DNA of 64,000 nucleotides. Origin: Eubacteriales bacterium. Its GTDB lineage: Bacteria; Bacillota; Clostridia; Oscillospirales; CAG-382. Below, piece after piece: positions 59,401-64,000 of the stretch (its first letter is position 1; each line of letters starts with the position of its first letter). The position numbers were made by a program, and so were the translations under genes. The notes beneath the pieces are model-generated. The model searched no databases. It was not told the DNA's origin and was given only the letters and a program-made list of their open reading frames with translations. Location: contig JAZNPH010000025.1 of the NCBI GenBank assembly GCA_045589515.1, forward strand, positions 4,034 through 68,033. Direction: 5' to 3'.

Positions 59401-60673
59401 AAAGAACGCCCTCGTAGGTGGAGGGAGAACCAACCGTGCCGGTATCGGGGTTGGAAGTCAGACCCAGGTTACCGTTGGCTTCGGAGCCTTGAGAGGAGCT
59501 GTAGCTGTTGGAGGCGGCGACTACCATGCTGATGCCCGCCTTACGGATCTTTTCGTAGATGCCGTTGACAGCCTCTTCATCGGTCTCGCGGGAGAAGCCG
59601 CAGGCGGTACCGATGGACATATTGATCACGTCCACGCCCAAGACTACACAGTCCTCAAGAGCGGCCATAACCCATGCGGTTCTGGTGGTATCCATCACGT
59701 CGGAGAAGATCTTCATGGAAACCAACTGTGCGTTGGGTGCAACGCCGCGGATGGTATCGTCGTTACCCACGATAACGCCGGATACGTGAGTACCGTGGTT
59801 ATTATGGGTGGAATATACGTCGGAGTCGTTGTCGGCATAGTCAAAGCCGAAGGGAACCTTTTCGTTGATGTATACGTCGTCTACAGTAATACCCTTCAAG
59901 AGGTCGTAAGCGGTGGTCTTCTCCACAAGAGACGCCACTTCGTCATAAGTCAAGCCCAGATGAGTAGAGGTAAAGTTATCGGGAGAGAAAGCGGTATGCT
60001 TAGAGTCGAGACCGGTGTCCAGAACGGCAACAACCATGCCGCTGCCGTCGTAGCCCGCATCGGAGCTGTCAAAGATACCCGTATCAAAAACGTCCACTTC
60101 GTTTTCCACCAGCTGGGTCTCTGCGGCATTATATACCTCGCCGACAATGACACCTCTGCCTTCCCCCAAGGCGCTGCAGGTGGTAGCAAAATCCCCGGCT
60201 CTGATCAAAAGCTCAAAGCCACTGACAACGGTAGAGTATTCCTCGCCCAAACGGTAGGAAACGCCCTTCTTCTCCAGATTGGAGAGAACCTGAGATTTCT
60301 CCGCGGCAATGGAGGCTCTGATGCCCTTGGCATCCTCGCTCTCCGTGATGTATTCGGCAAAGCTCATGGTCTTACCGGAGCGTTCATAAGCGTCCATCAT
60401 GCTGATGGTGTCCACGGTGACGATCACAGAGATCTCCTCGCTGTCCTTGATGCCGGAGGGCAAGGGGAACATGACGGAGTTATTCAAATACTTCTGGTAA
60501 TCCAAGGACAATCCTTCCAGCTGCTTAATGGAATAGGGATTATCGACCTTGGCGGAGGTAAGGAGTTCGGTCAAATTCAAAATAGGCGCGACCAAAGTCC
60601 CCGCCAACAGGACGGGCACCAGCAAGGCCGCAAGGCTATTCTTCCATCTTTTTGAGAAAATTCTTCTGTTCAT
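53486..60673 (-). CDS. Giant membrane-anchored subtilisin-family (S8) cell-envelope protease with PA insert, Ig-like (Big_2-type) domains and a BspA-type leucine-rich-repeat region of about 800 aa
   Basis: The start at the ATG 60671-60673 (MNRRIFSKRWK..., RBS AGAGG) gives 2,395 aa. The triad motifs are VAVLDTG (Asp, 60017-60019), HGTHVSG and SGTSMACP (Ser, 58835-58837). A PA-like insert lies between them (GKIALVRRG..F.EK...A...GA.G.IIYN). Big_2-like segments span about 56606-57214. Repeated ...IG.YAF..C..L..I.L... units span about 54152-56569. The C-terminal TM helix ALLFSLVAVFVLTIYCLQGVL lies at 53528-53596, and there is no LPXTG. Confidence 0.85.
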   Translation of the reverse strand: MNRRIFSKRWKNSLAALLVPVLLAGTLVAPILNLTELLTSAKVDNPYSIKQLEGLSLDYQKYLNNSVMFPLPSGIKDSEEISVIVTVDTISMMDAYERSGKTMSFAEYITESEDAKGIRASIAAEKSQVLSNLEKKGVSYRLGEEYSTVVSGFELLIRAGDFATTCSALGEGRGVIVGEVYNAAETQLVENEVDVFDTGIFDSSDAGYDGSGMVVAVLDTGLDSKHTAFSPDNFTSTHLGLTYDEVASLVEKTTAYDLLKGITVDDVYINEKVPFGFDYADNDSDVYSTHNNHGTHVSGVIVGNDDTIRGVAPNAQLVSMKIFSDVMDTTRTAWVMAALEDCVVLGVDVINMSIGTACGFSRETDEEAVNGIYEKIRKAGISMVVAASNSYSSSQGSEANGNLGLTSNPDTGTVGSPSTYEGVLSVASISGVETPYIKYGETIVYFTESVNSSSEENNFFDTLLGDKDSAELEFVLIPGVGRSADYTGMDVKGKIALVRRGSNTFEEKAIIAQEQGAAGIIIYNNVSGDIKMNVGETTLAVCSISQDDGEMLAAVGSGKLLISRSQTSGPFISDFSSWGPTPDLRIKPEITAHGGSILSSVTGGGYDRLSGTSMACPNLAGVVVLLRQYVVENFPEIANDNNKVNAMVNGLLMSTADIALGKNGLPYSVRKQGAGLGSLSNALNTPAYITTLDKNGNLMDKAKLELGDDPSKTGVYEMTFTINNFGDATVSYDLGAYVMTEGVSDTKTGAGKTTVTEESYILDGATVTVTSKDNNGGHLQGNTVTVYGGDSLDVTVTVTLSDADKAYLNKSFENGMYVEGYITLTATSGTEYDLNVPYLAFYGDWTVAPLFDLTYYDTNADELDDGIDFEDKTMADAYATRPVGGVSEDYVSYLGSYYFLQDPKDMVIAANEQYIALSNKDGTIHSLRFVWAGMLRNAERIEVAISNATTGEVVFTCVDDMVRKSYSDGGPSIYPSNIEIEFDTANYNFANNTQFIVTLTGYLDYGDGALDTNKNNVFEFPLTIDFQAPTVTDVEYYYEYDKTLKKNRLYADVLIYDNHYAMSAQLGYVTTGQDENGNPTPEMKSFEQYMTPVYSKKNSTTRVTFELTDYLFDIKHNATNKNSFVVSVYDYALNTATFEIPLPDDFTEFYFESLEDGLTLSPNEVYTLEPIVYPYTQWGELLHYSSSKPSVVRVVNNKLVAVSSGNAIIKAQDPNTNESVTFKVTVLKEGDEGYERYDKPVVDVFTLDGYQTLKAYYVVVNEDKDIGDTGNVRFFEGNFNLAMYPSESVLLQYSLDAYYPGDTTVEFESSNEKIVKIDQSGIVTAVAEGFASVTVKVMQEGKSTYYSETVSVEVKDPYIKTGSSLTHYYGNGGLVDIPAKLALTEIGQFAFSNFEYIMKTEEELAFDDAENSKAWFIGDNTITKVVVPEGVEKINSYAFANLTALEEIVFPSTLEAIDYGAFYNCTSLKKITFSGDNNLKIINQNAFENCDLRGTLALDAICVISDYAFAGNQNLSGIVLADTLQSVGQYAFAGCKKLASADVKADKVKYGAYAFTGCESLKEFRINSAVLPEGMFYQCKAMETVTIGPEVNDIGAFAFRETKIGSFLVENGNRAYRAQTADNILSSDGKTLIALSPNVSGEYVNASVTTVGKGALSHNKKITSAVMEKVTAVADYGFASSTNLVSVKLGKLTTIGAYAFFETHLTTLPGFANDAFMGDYAFSHTSLQSVTIPSGMTVGEGIFSECLDLATVVIGDNVVLGDYAFSLNKDNAFEVEGFYVGEDKYFRYKFSSALTSLTIGDDVVIGNNAFSYAASLEKITLGKNAVIGNMAFYNLCSLKSIDLSKAKSIGDYALSGDVYYACMDTNMTVAAVGKDGYYIYSYYGPKFTSLDLSSAASIGEYAFAYCRDMVEIKLGDGIKEIPAYAFAGCDALKKINLKSVETIGEYAFMECGLESVDLSSVSKVDKYAFVSNRLMESVTLNPNGSTVGEGAFAYCDPLDEVKNLSAVTEIGDYAFAYIALTEADLSGVVSLGSYAFIKEEVTPFKVTLGNALTTLGDNPFAMCTLTPFVSTTTETFGGKEYEVPTYTYEISDTVSVIDGSLYYKNVLGMELVTYAGYTPEDVIVADDTVRIAAYAFAGSNVQRIKMPYMTIAIGHKAFYACDELALVVFGSYTAPIMEEEFDPTYYESLEHVPGAGEYGDYTDYDGTEVTITGMGLIPYFMWNATGGQYSNVFYGANFVDYVGYVDNKVIMVSPVNGVGYDSFICDQYFGYRIQGPAAPDDVTIAAIKAINAIPEKVSYEDKAIVEAARAAYDKIATLEQQALVTNYDVLVSAEQRILALTPPVEDIPGNDSTASKGNPGEVALLFSLVAVFVLTIYCLQGVLKKEDPIDPVPTQ

Positions 60674-60811
60674 CGGGACCTCTTTTCTGATTTGGGCATA
60701 ATACGACACATACATATTCATTATATATTACAATATTTTTTCAAAAAAAGCAATAGCATTATCACATTTTTTTGATATTTAATTTTTTGTTCATCTTTTT
60801 TCGTCAAAACA

Positions 60812-60840
60812 TTTACTTTCGCGAGAACTTGTGGTATACT
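60812..60840 (+). promoter_or_regulatory. Sigma-A promoter with extended -10 for the CxxC-membrane-protein / polyferredoxin-thioredoxin operon
   Basis: TTTACT (60812-60817), a 17-nt spacer, then TGG-TATACT (the hexamer is 60835-60840, with TG at -15/-14). It lies inside the AT-rich divergent region and invalidates the GTG 60831 start of the listed ORF. Confidence 0.5.
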
Positions 60841-60872
60841 CTTTGTTACGAATGAACGATGGGAGCTTCCTT

Positions 60873-61619
60873 ATGACCCAAAAAACGCTGAAAATCATCC
60901 ACCGTATCTACGGTACAACCCTTTCCCTCTCCCTGTTTTTGGCAGGTATATGCCTGATGGCGGGGTGCATTTCCATATACAACGGAGGAGATCCCTTGTA
61001 TTCCCGCGATATGGTGGCGGAGACCTTTTCCGCTGTCGCCGTTCCCGTTTGTATCTTCCCCATTTTGGCGGTGCTTGGTTTCTTTTTGCCCGGCAATCGC
61101 GCGGTCAAGGGAGGCAAACGTTCCGTCCCCGGCGGGATGATTCTGGGAAAAGATCTTTCCGGCTGCGACGAGGCCACCCTCTCCGCCATCAAGGACGAAC
61201 AGACCGGGCGTAAGGTCAGAAGCATCTTTTTGCTGGGTCTTTCCGTTCTTTGCGGTACTGTCTTCCTTGGTTACGCTTTGGCCACCGCTCACAGCGAAGG
61301 GGTTTCTATCAACGATTACGTCATTAACTGTATGCGTGTGATGGTTCCCTGCTTGCTGGTTCCCTTCGGCTTTGGGCTCTATGCTTCCATGTGGAGTGAC
61401 AAGAGCCTTGCCCGTCAATGGGAGCTGGTGAAGAAATGTCCTGCCGCGAAGGGAGAGGAATCTACGTTTTGCCGGGCGGAAAAACGTCGGATGTTCATTC
61501 TGGCATCCTTGACGGTGGTTGCCGTGGCACTGATTATCATCGGCAGATGTATGGACGGCGCGGCGGACGTATTGACCAAGGCCATCAATATTTGCACCGA
61601 ATGTATCGGCTTGGGTTAA
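60873..61619 (+). CDS. Five-TM membrane protein ending in an extracytoplasmic CxxC tail (…INICTECIGLG)
   Basis: The ATG at 60873 has the RBS GGGAG 8 nt upstream. There are five hydrophobic helices with Lys/Arg-rich loops after TM2 and TM4, which places the C-tail outside by the positive-inside rule. I verified the CTEC codons at 61593-61604. The stop lies 12 nt before the next gene. Confidence 0.6.
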   Translation: MTQKTLKIIHRIYGTTLSLSLFLAGICLMAGCISIYNGGDPLYSRDMVAETFSAVAVPVCIFPILAVLGFFLPGNRAVKGGKRSVPGGMILGKDLSGCDEATLSAIKDEQTGRKVRSIFLLGLSVLCGTVFLGYALATAHSEGVSINDYVINCMRVMVPCLLVPFGFGLYASMWSDKSLARQWELVKKCPAAKGEESTFCRAEKRRMFILASLTVVAVALIIIGRCMDGAADVLTKAINICTECIGLG

Positions 61620-61631
61620 AAGGAGCAGACG

Positions 61632-63128
61632 ATGAAAACTTTTTTTGCAAAACTGAAAAAGCTGGTTCCTTCCAAGCGGAAGCTGATCCAATTGTATTTC
61701 GCATTGCTGTTCAACGCAAACGCAAAGGGGTTTGCAGAGGGTAAGATCTTCAGAGGAAGCTCCAAGTCTCTGTGCATTCCCGGATTGAACTGCTATTCCT
61801 GCCCCGGTGCGGTGGGCGCTTGCCCATTGGGATCCCTGCAAGGCTCCTTTGCCGCAGGAAAGAGCACCGTCTTCTACGTATTTGGCATTCTCATGCTCTT
61901 TGGGCTGGCGCTGGGCAGAACCATCTGCGGTTGGCTGTGTCCCTTCGGGTTGATCCAGGAGCTTCTCTATAAGATCAAGACACCAAAGCTGAAGAAAAGC
62001 CGTGTAACTCGTTTGCTTTCTTACTTAAAGTACGTGATCCTGGCTTTCTTCGTGTTCCTGGTGCCGATTCTTTACGCATTCAAGGACACGCCGTTACCTG
62101 CCTTCTGCAAGTACATTTGTCCGGCCGGAACCTTAGAGGGCGGCATCAGCTTGCTTTCCAACAAGCTGAACGAAAGCTATTTCGCTATGCTGGGCCCGCT
62201 GTTTACCTGGAAGTTCTTGCTTTTGGTAAGCTTTGTGGTAGGCTGTGTTTTTGTGTTCCGTTTATTCTGTCGTTTCTTCTGCCCCCTGGGGGCGCTTTAC
62301 GGCTTCTTCAACCGCATTTCCTTTATCGGGGTTCAGGTGGAAGCACCCAAGTGTACCAACTGCGATCTTTGCGTTCACAAGTGTAAAATGGACGTGAAAA
62401 AGGTGGGAGATGCGGAGTGTATCTCCTGCGGAGAATGCATAGACGTTTGTCCCACGAAGGCCATCTCCTGGAAGGGGTTTCCCAAAAAGAAAACCTCCCT
62501 TGCGGAGGACGCTTCGGGAGGCAGCAAGAAAAAGGCCAAATTCATCACCCGCTGTATTTCCGCGGTGTTGATGATCGCGCTGTTGGCAGGAGTATTCGTA
62601 TACGCATGGAACGATACGGGGGACGCATCTTCCGAAATATCCTCCGATGCCTCATCCGAAGAAAGCTCCTCCGTTCCTATTGGGAATCGGGTAGGCGAGA
62701 AGTGCTATCAAGGTACTTTGTCCGCGGTGGATGCCGCGGGAATCAAGGAAGAGACTCTGGACGTGATCGCCGAAGGAAAGATCACCGTGATCAACTTCTG
62801 GGGCACCTGGTGCACTCCTTGCGTCAACGAGCTTCCTTATTTCGACCGCATTGCAACGGAGTACGAGGATTCCGTTTCCGTGGTTGCGATTCACACCAAC
62901 ATGGTGGTGAATACCGCCGGCGGCTACATTGCACAGCATTATCCCGAGAGCAACATCAGATTTGCCTGCGACGGCGAGGGTGAGTCATACTACAACACCT
63001 TGGGCGGCAGAGGGACCTATCCCTATACCGTGGTGGTTGACAAAGATGGTGTGATCGCCGCTGTGTTCGTGCAAGCATTGGAGTATGAGGATCTGCAGGA
63101 GATTGTAGAAAAGCTTCTGGCTGATTAA
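61632..63128 (+). CDS. NapH/MauN-like membrane polyferredoxin (2x[4Fe-4S]) fused via an additional TM helix to a TlpA-like thioredoxin domain (WCTPC)
   Basis: The RBS is AAGGAG. The membrane core has the CxxCP-type motifs NCYSCPGAVGACPLG, GWLCPFG, CKYICPAG and FFCPLG. The ferredoxin motifs are CTNCDLCVHKC (62352-62384) and CISCGECIDVCP (62418-62453). A Lys-rich segment precedes the TM helix FITRCISAVLMIALLAGVFVYAW (62544-62609) and an acidic Ser-rich linker. The thioredoxin fold reads ITVINFWGTWCTPCVNELPYF, with the CTPC codons at 62811-62822. Confidence 0.8.
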   Translation: MKTFFAKLKKLVPSKRKLIQLYFALLFNANAKGFAEGKIFRGSSKSLCIPGLNCYSCPGAVGACPLGSLQGSFAAGKSTVFYVFGILMLFGLALGRTICGWLCPFGLIQELLYKIKTPKLKKSRVTRLLSYLKYVILAFFVFLVPILYAFKDTPLPAFCKYICPAGTLEGGISLLSNKLNESYFAMLGPLFTWKFLLLVSFVVGCVFVFRLFCRFFCPLGALYGFFNRISFIGVQVEAPKCTNCDLCVHKCKMDVKKVGDAECISCGECIDVCPTKAISWKGFPKKKTSLAEDASGGSKKKAKFITRCISAVLMIALLAGVFVYAWNDTGDASSEISSDASSEESSSVPIGNRVGEKCYQGTLSAVDAAGIKEETLDVIAEGKITVINFWGTWCTPCVNELPYFDRIATEYEDSVSVVAIHTNMVVNTAGGYIAQHYPESNIRFACDGEGESYYNTLGGRGTYPYTVVVDKDGVIAAVFVQALEYEDLQEIVEKLLAD

Positions 63129-63151
63129 AGGGTTACGGGGATTAAAGGGTT

Positions 63152-64000
63152 ATGAGACACAAAAGAGACGGCGCGGCATCCTTGATTCTGCTGTGTTGGT
63201 TAGTTTACGCTTGCTCTTATTTGGGGAAGCTGAATTATGCGGCCAATATCACCCCCATCATGGCACATTACGGCGTGAACCATGCCCAGGCGGGATTGGT
63301 GAGCAGTTATTTTTCCGTGACCTACGCCATCGGACAGGTGGTGAATGGGATCTTCTGCAGACGGTATCCCTTGAAGCAGGTGGTTTTCGGTGCTTTGGTG
63401 GTTTCCGCAACCATCAATCTCGCCGTTGCGTTTGCTCCCGCTTTTTGGATGATCCGTTTTCTGTGGATGGTGAACGGGTTTGCCACTTCCCTGCTATGGC
63501 CCTGCCTTGTAAGACTACTTTCCGAGACCTTGGACAAAAAGGATCTGGGTAAAGCGGTGATTGCCATGGGGACCACAACGGCGTCAGGCACCTTTGCCAT
63601 TTACGGCATAAGCGCGGGGTTTGCGTTGTTTGACGGTTTTAAGTGGGTGTTCGTTCTCGCGGCGGCGGTGGTTCTGTCGGTTGCGGTATATTGGTTATGG
63701 GTTGCAGATAAGAAGATCGGCGGCGTTGTCAGAACGGAAGAAGCGGAAACTCCCCTTGTGAAAAAGCAAGAGCGGGTCTCACCGGGGAAAGCACTTTTCA
63801 TCTGTGTCGGGATGTTGGCCCTTTACGGCGTGTTCACCAATCTGGTGAAGGATGGACTTTCCGGGTGGGTGCCTTCCATTTTGAAGGAAGAATACGGACT
63901 GGGAGATTCCCTTTCCATTCTTCTGACCCTGACATTGCCTATGGTATCCATGTTCGGTAGTGCCCTCTCTGTGCGGGCACAGAAACGGATCCCGGATTTT
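63152..64000 (+). CDS. MFS transporter, N-terminal part; the gene runs off the right edge
   Basis: My own translation from the ATG at 63152 has no stop up to position 64000. It reads MRHKRDGAASLILLCWLVYACSYLGKLNYAANITPIMAHYGVNHAQAGLVSSYFSVTYAIGQVVNGIFCRRYPLKQVVFGALVV.... This gives successive TM helices and an MFS-like loop motif, resembling the organophosphate/sugar-phosphate antiporter type. It is absent from the ORF track because it is open-ended. Confidence 0.65.
   Translation, partial: MRHKRDGAASLILLCWLVYACSYLGKLNYAANITPIMAHYGVNHAQAGLVSSYFSVTYAIGQVVNGIFCRRYPLKQVVFGALVVSATINLAVAFAPAFWMIRFLWMVNGFATSLLWPCLVRLLSETLDKKDLGKAVIAMGTTTASGTFAIYGISAGFALFDGFKWVFVLAAAVVLSVAVYWLWVADKKIGGVVRTEEAETPLVKKQERVSPGKALFICVGMLALYGVFTNLVKDGLSGWVPSILKEEYGLGDSLSILLTLTLPMVSMFGSALSVRAQKRIPDF

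Noticed and set aside
1-64000. I searched for rRNA, tRNA, tmRNA, riboswitch-sized leaders, CRISPR arrays, transposases, integrases and phage genes.
   Set aside because: No intergenic region exceeds about 200 nt. I saw no cloverleaf-like or repeat-spacer structure and no transposase or integrase motifs in any frame. There is also no obvious compositional break around the 24-kb operon, so I do not call it a mobile island.

Overview
This 64-kb window is a chromosomal segment of a roughly 55% GC Firmicute of class Clostridia. The taxon is inferred from gene content and Bacillus/Clostridium-type synteny, including the sporulation genes yabP/yabQ and a SpoVB-like flippase. I found no rRNA, tRNA, CRISPR array, transposase or integrase.

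Positions 1-26,920 are an uninterrupted minus-strand array of conserved housekeeping genes: yabR-like S1 protein, divIC, yabQ, yabP, S4 protein, hup, mazG, MOP flippase, udk-like kinase, hemZ, dtd, relA/spoT, recJ, cdaR, cdaA, rdgB, ftsY, smc, a radical SAM gene, rnc, topA, dprA, a TrmH-family methyltransferase, prmC and DUF1385.

Positions 27-36 kb are a mixed accessory stretch. It holds an RNHCP protein coupled to a membrane protein, a solitary mazF toxin, a discoidin/DUF4855 surface protein, nnrD, a lipoprotein, alr, a metallophosphoesterase and a membrane protein.

The remarkable part is 36.3-60.7 kb, a tightly packed 14-gene, about 24-kb minus-strand unit. It encodes a 2,395-aa membrane-anchored S8 protease with a roughly 800-aa BspA-type LRR region, a B-repeat/beta-helix lipoprotein, a complete Opp/Dpp-type ABC importer with an oversized 863-aa binding lipoprotein, and a small tail-anchored protein. 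It then encodes five modular secreted proteins, four of them lipoproteins and the last a dockerin-bearing secreted protein. Two of these lipoproteins contain TlpA-like thioredoxin folds (CTWC and CGPC).

A two-gene operon is transcribed divergently from the same AT-rich control region. It encodes a 5-TM protein with a C-terminal CTEC tail and a NapH-like polyferredoxin fused, through an extra TM helix, to a thioredoxin domain (WCTPC).

My leading hypothesis is inference, not demonstrated. I propose a surface system that couples extracellular disulfide reduction, proteolysis and oligopeptide import. Its reductant would come from a previously uncharacterised Fe-S/thioredoxin transmembrane conduit rather than CcdA/DsbD. 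The window ends inside an MFS transporter gene.
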